Source: Candidatus Pacearchaeota archaeon
GTDB lineage: Archaea > Nanobdellota > Nanobdellia > Pacearchaeales > GW2011-AR1
DNA length: 64,000 bases
NCBI GenBank assembly: GCA_016181895.1
Contig: JACOYL010000008.1
Location: 8,192-72,191 of the forward strand
Direction of reading: 5' to 3'
The notes below the pieces were generated by a model that did not search any database, was not told where the DNA came from, and saw only the letters and a list, made by a program, of their open reading frames with translations. Position numbers and translations under genes: made by a program. Shown piece after piece: positions 56,433 to 63,610 of this stretch. The stretch's first letter is position 1, and each line of letters starts with the position of its first letter.

Positions 56433-57333
56433 TTTTTTTCACGTACCATTTAATTAAAGAAACGTTCGTTATCCATGTGTTGAAAATGTCGAAGAACAAT
56501 CCTATCAGGAGAACCGTGAAGATTTGGCTCAAAACGACAGAGAAAGGATTTGAAACAATCAACGCTATCACAACCGCCGTCATGGAAGTCAAAGCCATTG
56601 TCATTCCCGTCTTGAAAGCCTTGAAAATCCTTCCGTTTAATGTTCCTTCAGAGGATTTCAAAACCTTGTTTGTCAGCAAAATGTCGGTGTCGACGCTGTA
56701 ACCGATTAACATGAGAAATGCGACAATTCCGGCGCTGGAAATTTTAATCCCAAGCAAATCAACGACGACAAGCGTCATCAAAATGTCCGCAAAGGCAGAG
56801 ATTATTACTGCTATCGCGGGAACCATATTTCTGCAAATCAAAAATATCACGATTCCCATGAAAACAAAGGCGAACAAAATCGCGGTTAAAAGCTGTTTAT
56901 AGAAACTTTCGCTCAACAAAGAACCTGTAAATTCAAAGCTGCTGTTTCCGTCGTTTAATTCATAGCCCAAATAATCTTCAATGACTTGTTTTGTCTCGTC
57001 TCCGAGTGTTTTCGTTTCGATTACAAGCGCGATTTTCTCCCTTGTAAGGATGTCATAAATTTCCCTTGTATTGATTTCTTCCAGTTTTCCAGACAAATCC
57101 GCTTTTATCCTGCCTGAATCAAAATCCCCGTAAATCGTGACAGATGTTCCTCCCGTCAACGAGATGTCCTTGTAAATGAAATCGTTGTTGTTTGAATAAA
57201 AAACGTAAAGATATCCCAAGGAAAAAAGCAGCATTATTATCGGAACAAGAAGCAAATGCTTGTAGTATTTGTCGTGGAATTTTCCGAATTTTTCCTTGAA
57301 TGTTTTTTTGGTTTCTGTTTGTTCGTCTGTCAT
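56422..57333 (-). CDS. secF: protein-export membrane protein SecF
   Basis: MTDEQTE start (trimmed from the track ORF) and a 6-TM C-terminal domain (TMALTSMTAVVIALIVSN...). Confidence 0.8.
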   Translation of the reverse strand: MTDEQTETKKTFKEKFGKFHDKYYKHLLLVPIIMLLFSLGYLYVFYSNNNDFIYKDISLTGGTSVTIYGDFDSGRIKADLSGKLEEINTREIYDILTREKIALVIETKTLGDETKQVIEDYLGYELNDGNSSFEFTGSLLSESFYKQLLTAILFAFVFMGIVIFLICRNMVPAIAVIISAFADILMTLVVVDLLGIKISSAGIVAFLMLIGYSVDTDILLTNKVLKSSEGTLNGRIFKAFKTGMTMALTSMTAVVIALIVSNPFSVVLSQIFTVLLIGLFFDIFNTWITNVSLIKWYVKKNEH

Positions 57334-57345
57334 TTTACATGAATA

Positions 57346-57485
57346 TGCGCCGGCTGGGAGTCGAACCCAGGCAATTTGCTCTCTGCTGCGTTCTGCTTGG
57401 AGAAAAAATCTCACGATTTTTAACCAGCAAGTTTTCTCCGAAAACACACTGGAAGGCAAATGTCATACCGTTAGACCACCAGCGC
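57346..57485 (-). tRNA. intron-containing tRNA, anticodon UCC (tRNA-Gly) with about 69-nt intron at the canonical 37/38 position
   Basis: Exons fold as acceptor GCGCTGG/CCGGCGC, D-loop AACGGTA with G18G19, anticodon stem TTTGC/GCAAA, loop CTTCCA|intron|A, T-arm CTGGG-TTCGACT-CCCAG, and discriminator A. The intron contains two hairpins (GTTTTCGGAGAAAAC and GAGATTTTTTCTC). Confidence 0.7.
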
Positions 57486-57511
57486 TTGAAATAGACACAA
57501 AAAAAGAAGTT

Positions 57512-58015
57512 TTAAAGATTGCTGTTTCTATAGATTATCCATTGTGGTTTACCGGGAAGTTTCTTTTGAAGGCCAGCTTTAATTGGATTTTTTGGCAAGT
57601 TCACCCAAGGATTCATCCATCCATTTTCAGTTTTTAGAAGATAATGTCCGATTCTATATTTCTTTGTTGGGCTTATAAAAATAATTGAACCAATTTTATT
57701 AATGTATTTCTTAGTTTTACCGTTGACCTTAGAATAGTTATAATTTAATCCTGCTTTTTTTAAAGTTTTAACAATATCGTCGCAGTAAGCCCCTTTTTTA
57801 AGATTATAATTTCTTCCAAATAATTTTAGTGTTTTTTTGTATGAAATCCCCAGAAGACTTGCAACGCATGCAACTCCGCAGCCCATCGGCTCTTCTTGTG
57901 TAATTGGTTTATGAGACATTTTATAATTCAAAGAGTCATCAACGTGAATATATTTTTTCTCTTTCTTCCACTCTTTTATAAGCATTTCTTCCCCATTCAT
58001 AAATTCCGGATGCAA
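57512..58015 (-). CDS. stand-alone peptidase C39-like (papain-fold cysteine protease) domain protein
   Basis: PMGCGVACVASLLGI matches the C39 catalytic-Cys motif (Q..CG.AC). A candidate catalytic His lies in IGHYLL. The true start is probably MSHKPI (about 57919), avoiding overlap with the upstream gene. Confidence 0.5.
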   Translation of the reverse strand: MHPEFMNGEEMLIKEWKKEKKYIHVDDSLNYKMSHKPITQEEPMGCGVACVASLLGISYKKTLKLFGRNYNLKKGAYCDDIVKTLKKAGLNYNYSKVNGKTKKYINKIGSIIFISPTKKYRIGHYLLKTENGWMNPWVNLPKNPIKAGLQKKLPGKPQWIIYRNSNL

Positions 58016-58337
58016 GATTTGTTGCTAGAGGAATAGCAAGATATTCCAATCTGTCTTCTATATTATTCACATTCGCCAACACCAATGCAATACTCCATGC
58101 CCCACTTACATATATACCTTCAATAACTCTAATTAATCCATAATTTTGCTGATTGCTCCAACCAAATTTATTATATTTTTTATTTATAGCTCTTCTATAC
58201 CATGTTGGTACAATAAAAGGAGTAAATCCATGCTCAACAACATTTTGAGCAAGATTATAACCAAATTTTCCAACTTTTTTGGATACATCTAATCCATCTT
58301 TTCCCATTTCTTTTGCGATTTCTGTTGGTTTTGTCAT
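57939..58337 (-). CDS. hypothetical membrane protein, paralog of 7977..8456
   Basis: Shares FIVPTWYRR and ASGIYEWGRNAYKRVEEREKIYS with the 7977 protein. Confidence 0.45.
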   Translation of the reverse strand: MTKPTEIAKEMGKDGLDVSKKVGKFGYNLAQNVVEHGFTPFIVPTWYRRAINKKYNKFGWSNQQNYGLIRVIEGIYVSGAWSIALVLANVNNIEDRLEYLAIPLATNLASGIYEWGRNAYKRVEEREKIYSR

Positions 58338-58338
58338 T

Positions 58339-58923
58339 TTATCTTTCTCGTTGATTATTCCTTAACAATGTTCTAAAGAAAATTTCATTTGGCTCTCCAA
58401 GATTTTTGTATAAAGTACTATCCAATCCATAACTTGGACCACCGGAGCCTGAGGAAGGATCAAGGTCGTATAGATATCCTATCTCCATTATTTGCCCTCT
58501 TGGAAGAATAATTCCTCCGTCGCTTACCTCGCCAAATTCTTTTCTTACCAAATCCATATCGGGAATATCAAATTCCCCAGATTTTGTGCATCCTCTTAAT
58601 ATAGATTCTATATCTCTGTATTCAATGTCTTTATAAGAAACTTGTTTCGGATGTCCTTGTTGAGACCACTTAAATGTTTTAGCCCATTCCCTTTTCTTAC
58701 GATCTAATTCAAAAAGATCTACTACCAAATAAGATTTTTGAAATACATGCTCATAAATTAATTCTCTTTTTCCATCTTCATTTTTATAAAGTCCGGCCTT
58801 GAGCGGATGTCCACGCCAATCCATTCTAACTATTCTTGGTTCTCCTTCTTGCGTTTTGTTTTTCATTTTATTTATTATTTTTTTATTACTTAATCGTAGT
58901 AATTTAGTTATAATCATACACAT
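58339..58923 (-). CDS. hypothetical protein
   Basis: 194-aa ORF with GC-richer composition. Its first Met region MCMIITKLL looks spurious, and the likely start is MKNKTQEGEP. Confidence 0.4.
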   Translation of the reverse strand: MCMIITKLLRLSNKKIINKMKNKTQEGEPRIVRMDWRGHPLKAGLYKNEDGKRELIYEHVFQKSYLVVDLFELDRKKREWAKTFKWSQQGHPKQVSYKDIEYRDIESILRGCTKSGEFDIPDMDLVRKEFGEVSDGGIILPRGQIMEIGYLYDLDPSSGSGGPSYGLDSTLYKNLGEPNEIFFRTLLRNNQRER

Positions 58924-59002
58924 TATGAACTATATAAGTTTTTCTTTAGAAATACCTTAATAATTACGGAAGATTTATAAGAATGTCTTATTTAGTGCAA
59001 AT

Positions 59003-59488
59003 ATGCCTGTTAAATCAGCGTTGAAATCAAGAATCATCGACGAGAAAGACAAAAAGATACTTCATGTTCTTCAAGAAAATGGAAGAGAACAACTTAACAA
59101 AATTGCGAAGAAAGTTGGATTGAGCATTGATTCCACACACAAGAGAATTAAAGTAATGATTGAGAAAGGGATTTTTCATCCGACTATTTTGGTAGACCCA
59201 CGAGTAATTGGATTTCCATTGATTGCTGACATAAAAATAAAATTGAAAAATGTGAGCCAAAAGGCTCTTGATGATTTTATTTCCCATCTGAAGAAACATC
59301 CGAGATGCATTGAGCTTTTATCAATAATGGGGGATTATGATTTCACTCTTGTTCTTATTGCAAAAGACGGAGATGAATTGGAAAAATTGTCGACGGAAAT
59401 AAGACAGAAATATAAAGACTTGATTGACGAATGGAAAAGCAATCTTGTTTTGAAAACGCACAAGTTTGAGGAATATTTGCTGGAATGA
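59003..59488 (+). CDS. Lrp/AsnC-family transcriptional regulator
   Basis: N-terminal HTH (ILHVLQENGREQLNKIAKKVGLSIDSTHKRIK) and a C-terminal RAM-like domain. Its stop lies 6 nt from a tRNA. Confidence 0.75.
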   Translation: MPVKSALKSRIIDEKDKKILHVLQENGREQLNKIAKKVGLSIDSTHKRIKVMIEKGIFHPTILVDPRVIGFPLIADIKIKLKNVSQKALDDFISHLKKHPRCIELLSIMGDYDFTLVLIAKDGDELEKLSTEIRQKYKDLIDEWKSNLVLKTHKFEEYLLE

Positions 59489-59493
59489 AAACA

Positions 59494-59568
59494 CGCCCGA
59501 GACAGGACTTGAACCTGCGACCCTCAGGTTAGGAACCTGATGCTCTATCCAAACTGAGCTACCCGGGC
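59494..59568 (-). tRNA. tRNA-Arg (anticodon CCT)
   Basis: Reverse complement GCCCGGGTAGCTCAGTTTGGATAGAGCATCAGGTTCCTAACCTGAGGGTCGCAGGTTCAAGTCCTGTCTCGGGCG folds as a canonical cloverleaf with anticodon loop TTCCTAA. Confidence 0.85.
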
Positions 59569-59596
59569 TTTCTTTCACACACTTTAAAAATAGAAA

Positions 59597-59884
59597 GTGA
59601 ATTTAAAAAACATGCTGGTGAAGGTGCTCGGACTTGTCGATTTGATTATCGGAATGCTGCTTGTTTTTTTGTCTTATTTTAATCCTCCAAGCAATGTTCT
59701 TATTTCTTTCAGCATTATTGCGTTCGCGAAATCAAGTTTGGGAATGTTGCGGGATTTTGGAAGTTGGATTGATTTCTCGGCGGGAATTTTGCTTGGAATA
59801 GCAATATTAATCAACATTCCGTTGGCATTGAGCATAATCGTCGGATTGCTGGTTTTGCAGAAAGGAGTTTTCAGTTTTTTTTGA
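59597..59884 (+). CDS. small integral membrane protein
   Basis: 95 aa with three hydrophobic helices. Confidence 0.4.
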   Translation: MNLKNMLVKVLGLVDLIIGMLLVFLSYFNPPSNVLISFSIIAFAKSSLGMLRDFGSWIDFSAGILLGIAILINIPLALSIIVGLLVLQKGVFSFF

Positions 59885-59915
59885 AATTATTTATAAATAA
59901 ACGCAGATTAATGAA

Positions 59916-60509
59916 TTGATGAAAACAAGGGGCGAGGTTAATTTACCTGTAATAATCCTATTGGTCTTCGGACTTTTTACCGTTGGATTAGGAGCCTCAT
60001 ACGTGTATTTCTCCATTAATGGAACAGATTATTCCAGTCTTTATTCTGATAGAATTTCTTCCGGAGAAATAAAAAAACCAACAACACAATTTAACCAAAC
60101 AACGGAAAATAATACAGAAAGCACGGAAAATGAAATTAATCAATTGGTTATTGATAAAGATTTAGTTAGATATTTTTCCAGTCTGTTGAAGGTTTACAAT
60201 CTTCATAATATTCCTTATACCTCAATAACTCCAAAAATACAAATTTACATTGAAGACACTGCTTATTTTGAAGAGATTATTGACGGCGAAATAATTATCA
60301 ATGAAGGGGAAAGGAAAGACAAGGACATAATCATTAGAACTAATTTGGAAGAAATGGCTAAAATGATTGAAGATTCCAATTACCTGAAAAATTCTTTTAG
60401 TTCTGGCGGTTCGCAAATTGAGACAGTTGCAGATAAGTTCACATTGTTTTCAAAAGGATATCTTAATTTGTATAAAGAGTGGACTGGAACTGATTATGAT
60501 AATCCTTAG
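59916..60509 (+). CDS. hypothetical protein with N-terminal signal-anchor
   Basis: One N-terminal TM (LPVIILLVFGLFTVGLGASYVYF) followed by a hydrophilic domain. Confidence 0.4.
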   Translation: MMKTRGEVNLPVIILLVFGLFTVGLGASYVYFSINGTDYSSLYSDRISSGEIKKPTTQFNQTTENNTESTENEINQLVIDKDLVRYFSSLLKVYNLHNIPYTSITPKIQIYIEDTAYFEEIIDGEIIINEGERKDKDIIIRTNLEEMAKMIEDSNYLKNSFSSGGSQIETVADKFTLFSKGYLNLYKEWTGTDYDNP

Positions 60510-60560
60510 GAAAATTTTGAAATAATAAATCAATTATTATATTTTTCGCAAATTCAAGAA

Positions 60561-60644
60561 TGCGGGAAAGAGGATTCGAACCTCTGCAAGCACTGAGCTA
60601 ATGCGTCTTGAGCGCATCCCGTTTGACCACTCCGGCATTCCCGC
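60561..60644 (-). tRNA. tRNA-Leu (anticodon CAA)
   Basis: Reverse complement GCGGGAATGCCGGAGTGGTCAAACGGGATGCGCTCAAGACGCATTAGCTCAGTGCTTGCAGAGGTTCGAATCCTCTTTCCCGCA has a long variable arm and anticodon loop CTCAAGA. Confidence 0.85.
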
Positions 60645-60674
60645 AATCAATTATATTTTAGTATCATAGAAACG

Positions 60675-60682
60675 TTTAAAAA
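60675..60682 (+). promoter_or_regulatory. TATA-box-like element (tttaaaaa) about 22-25 bp upstream of the 5S rRNA 5' end
   Basis: Position and composition are consistent with an archaeal TBP site. Confidence 0.3.
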
Positions 60683-60703
60683 TCCTTTCTGTCCCATAAT
60701 TTC

Positions 60704-60818
60704 GAAGACGGCCATAGCAGATTGGAAACACCTGTTCCCTTTCCGAACACAGAAGTTAAGCTTTCTGCGTTGACGGCAAGTAGTTTCCGACAAGAAGCGA
60801 AACCTTCAAGCTGTCTTT
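60704..60818 (+). rRNA. 5S ribosomal RNA (ends approximate to within a few nt)
   Basis: Contains the universal CCGAACACAGAAGTTAAGC block. The 5' GAAGACGG and 3' CTGTCTTT form helix I with two G-U pairs. Confidence 0.75.
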
Positions 60819-60851
60819 CATATTTATAAAATATTAATTCTTATTTAATAA

Positions 60852-61202
60852 ATGAAATCCAAAATATCCAAATCGGCACAGGAATTGCCTCAATTGAAAT
60901 TTAAGAAAATTTCAAAAACAGAAGCGCAGGAAAAAATCAAGGATTTTTTCTCGCACATAAAGCACAAATCTCCCGAGGAAATCAAGAAGATAAAAAAACT
61001 CGCGATGAGCCACAACATAAAACTCGGAGACAAGAGAAAATTATTTTGTAAAAAATGTTTGAGTGCCTATGGAAAAGATTCAAGCATAAGCATAAAAAAC
61101 GGGTTCATAACAATTCTATGCGGAAAATGCGATTTCAACAACAAATGGAAATTCAAGGAAATTGATTTGGATATAATTCATCAGGAAACAGGATGTTGTT
61201 AA
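60852..61202 (+). CDS. RNase P protein subunit Rpp21/Rnp4-like zinc-ribbon protein
   Basis: KRKLFCKKCLSAYGKDSSISIKNGFITILCGKCDF fits the Rpp21 pattern (basic helix then CxxC...CxxC). It lies in an RNA-gene neighbourhood. Confidence 0.5.
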   Translation: MKSKISKSAQELPQLKFKKISKTEAQEKIKDFFSHIKHKSPEEIKKIKKLAMSHNIKLGDKRKLFCKKCLSAYGKDSSISIKNGFITILCGKCDFNNKWKFKEIDLDIIHQETGCC

Positions 61203-61242
61203 GTACAATAATCTTTTTATACCAACAATAACAAATAATTTT

Positions 61243-61635
61243 ATGCCAATCACATTTACATTATCTGATGAATTAATTAGTGCACATTATTCTATAAAGA
61301 AGAGAGATTCTCTTTTAACATCTTATTTATTAACTTTAAATGATGGCACAACTTTTGAGATAATTGGTGGAAGAGCCAGACAAGTTAGATATAGAGATTC
61401 GCAAGCTATTTTACAATATGAAAAAGCAGATGATGTTAGAAAATTACAGTCATTAAACCCAGATAAAGTTGTTTTGTTAAATGGCGAATTGGTAAACCTT
61501 AGAGAAGCGTATAAATTTATTGGAACAGATTATATTCCAACTCCAAGATATTTGGGAATAGACGATTCTCCTGAAATTTATTCAGAACTTTTATCTGGAA
61601 GAAGTAATGCAATGAGGCAACCTGGATGTTGTTAA
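61243..61635 (+). CDS. hypothetical protein
   Basis: 130-aa ORF. It ends in GCC like the preceding gene. Confidence 0.35.
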   Translation: MPITFTLSDELISAHYSIKKRDSLLTSYLLTLNDGTTFEIIGGRARQVRYRDSQAILQYEKADDVRKLQSLNPDKVVLLNGELVNLREAYKFIGTDYIPTPRYLGIDDSPEIYSELLSGRSNAMRQPGCC

Positions 61636-61853
61636 GGTTTTATCTCACATGCCTTCATATAACCAATTCCAGCCAAACCAAAAGCCGCAACATTTGCAAG
61701 ATAATTTAAAGAAGGATTCATATCATAACCAAAAACAAAATTAATCATCGAAAGATAAAGTGCTGGAGCGGTTAATGTTATTGCGGTTCTGTAAGCTATT
61801 CTTTCAAGTGTTTTTTTCATTTCACGCTTTCTTGAACTTCGCAACAAGTTCAA
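61632..61853 (-). CDS. small hydrophobic hypothetical protein
   Basis: 73 aa with two predicted TM helices. It overlaps the neighbouring stops by 4 nt. Confidence 0.3.
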   Translation of the reverse strand: MNLLRSSRKREMKKTLERIAYRTAITLTAPALYLSMINFVFGYDMNPSLNYLANVAAFGLAGIGYMKACEIKP

Positions 61854-62019
61854 TCAAATCAGTATGTCCGAGGAACATTGCCCTGCAACAATATCTTTCC
61901 AAACCAAGCTCGTCAAGAACTTTTTTTGAATTCTCTCCTTCTGAAACGCGGGATTTGTATTCCTCCCACAAATGAGCTATCGGCTTGCCGCACGAGAAAC
62001 ATCTTATCGGAATTATCAT
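61822..62019 (-). CDS. rpoN: DNA-directed RNA polymerase subunit N (Rpb10 homolog)
   Basis: MIIPIRCFSCGKPIAHLWEEY...LGLERYCCRAMFLGHTDLIE is a near-consensus RpoN/Rpb10 sequence with the CxxC...CC zinc site. Confidence 0.85.
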   Translation of the reverse strand: MIIPIRCFSCGKPIAHLWEEYKSRVSEGENSKKVLDELGLERYCCRAMFLGHTDLIELVAKFKKA

Positions 62020-62100
62020 AATATTATTCCAAATTGCTGGTTTTTAAAACTTATTATATAGTCTGGAAATGAAATCTTTTAAAAGCCAGATTAATATTAA

Positions 62101-62247
62101 ATGAGGAAAATGACAAAATGTCTTTATTGCAAAAAAGAGCTGTTTGAGAAAAAGGGAATTGACGTCTGTGACAGCTGCGGCATCGGCGTCTGGGGCAGAA
62201 GAATGTTTGAAGCGATAAAGAAAAACATGGAAAATTCTGGAGAGTAA
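62101..62247 (+). CDS. small zinc-ribbon protein (48 aa)
   Basis: MRKMTKCLYCKKELFEKKGIDVCDSCGIGVWGRRMFEAIKKNMENSGE has two CxxC pairs. It is below the ORF-track size cutoff. Confidence 0.35.
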   Translation: MRKMTKCLYCKKELFEKKGIDVCDSCGIGVWGRRMFEAIKKNMENSGE

Positions 62248-62285
62248 TTCATTAGATTTAAATATTGGATAATTGCAGATGAAAT

Positions 62286-62909
62286 ATGGAAGAAGGATTA
62301 ACGTCTTTAAATATAGCAGTTATTCCTCCTTTAGAAATAAGAAATAAGGCAATTGAATTTAGCGAAGGAGTTTCATTAAAATTTTTAAGTGAATTTGTGT
62401 TGAATAATGAAGATAAAATTCCGCATATCTCTTTGTATCAGGCAGGTTTTCCATTGAGGAATATTGGAAAAATTGAGGATGCTGTTAGAGAAGTTTCTGG
62501 ATAATTAAATGGAATGTCTTTTATTTTAAACAATTTCACCATTGACTACGGTACTTTTTTGTTTTGGAATTCTGAGAAAAATGATTATCTTCTAAAAGTT
62601 CAGAGAGAATTTATCGATGCAATCAATCCTTTAAGAGAAGGATTAATCCAGCCGGTTTTAAAGACTTTGACCAATGTGCCCGAAGAGGAGAGAAAAAATA
62701 TTGAAAGATATGGTTATCCTACCGTTGGAGACAGTTTCAAACCCCATATAACAATTACCCGCATAAAAAGTCCGGATGATGCGAGACAATCCTTAGAATC
62801 ATTAACAGAATATCCATACTCTTTTGAAGCCGATAGAATAGTTCTTGCATATCTTGGAGCCCATGGCACTGTGAAAAAAATTATTTCTGGATTCAACTTA
62901 AGGAACTAA
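62286..62909 (+). pseudogene. 2H-phosphoesterase (LigT / RNA 2',3'-cyclic phosphodiesterase-like) gene interrupted by an in-frame TAA
   Basis: ORFs 62286..62504 and 62514..62909 are in the same frame, separated by TAA at 62505-62507. The first carries HISLY (HxS), the second HITIT (HxTxT). Together they make a 2H protein of about 205 aa. Confidence 0.5.
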
Positions 62910-63049
62910 TCTCATAGAAGCAACCTTTTTAAATGGTTTTCATTTGTGTAAAATATGAAAAATAAATTTTTCAAGCATAAAAAGCGATTGGCATTGCGAT
63001 TCCCATACGCATCGGGAAGAAACAAAGCATCGCAACAAAAGTTTTCACA

Positions 63050-63301
63050 ATGAGAAAAAAGCAAACAAGAACAAAGGGAAAAATCAAATTCAGCAGATAC
63101 TTCCAGGAATTGAAAGAAGGGGACAAAGTGTCCGTGATAAGGGAAATGTCGATGCCTGCGAATTTCCCGAAGAGATTTCAGGGAAGAACGGGGATTGTCG
63201 AGGGAAGGCGCGGAAAGGCATACATTGTTTTGATAAAAGACAATGACAAGGGAAAAAAATTCATAATTCAACCAATACATTTAATAAAAATAAAACAATA
63301 A
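63050..63301 (+). CDS. rpl21e: 50S ribosomal protein L21e
   Basis: FQELKEGDKVSV...FQGRTGIVEGRRGKAYIVLIKDNDKGKKFIIQPIHL aligns with archaeal L21e (…F.GqTGtVeGkqGdAYkV.i.dggkeKtiiv...HL). Confidence 0.8.
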   Translation: MRKKQTRTKGKIKFSRYFQELKEGDKVSVIREMSMPANFPKRFQGRTGIVEGRRGKAYIVLIKDNDKGKKFIIQPIHLIKIKQ

Positions 63302-63308
63302 AATAAAA

Positions 63309-63605
63309 ATGACAATAAGAAATAACGAGCCTTTGAGCATGGCTGAAGTCACGGAATATCTTGACAAGGACTCCGAGGCAATGAAATTCATAAAAAAATT
63401 CACCAAAACCACGGGCAAAGAAGCCAAGGAATTCAGGAAAAAATTAGAGTCCTTGGATTTGATGAAAATGAAATCTGAACACATTTCAAAAATCATAGAC
63501 ATTGTGCCTGAAAATCATGAGGATTTAAATAAAATTTTCGTTGGAACAAGCTTGGATGAAGATGAATCAAAGAGGATATTTGACACAATTAAAGAATTCA
63601 AATAA
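63309..63605 (+). CDS. rpoF: DNA-directed RNA polymerase subunit F (Rpb4 homolog), tentative
   Basis: AEVTEYL...AMKFIKKFTK...KMKSEHISKIIDIVPENHEDLNKIF fits the RpoF pattern. It sits in the conserved archaeal L21e-RpoF-DUF655 gene order. Confidence 0.6.
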   Translation: MTIRNNEPLSMAEVTEYLDKDSEAMKFIKKFTKTTGKEAKEFRKKLESLDLMKMKSEHISKIIDIVPENHEDLNKIFVGTSLDEDESKRIFDTIKEFK

Positions 63606-63610
63606 GAAAA

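Noticed and set aside
57939-58015. 77-nt overlap between the C39-like ORF and the upstream paralog gene
   Set aside because: It is most likely an artefact of choosing the first Met. Using the internal Met (MSHKPI, about 57919) removes the overlap without losing the catalytic motif.
62955-63053. Possible frameshifted N-terminal extension of rpl21e (MKNKFFKHKKRLALRFPYASGRNKASQQKFSQ in the -1 frame)
   Set aside because: Alignment to archaeal L21e indicates the 83-aa ORF from 63050 already covers all but about 10 N-terminal residues. The upstream peptide does not resemble the L21e N-terminus.
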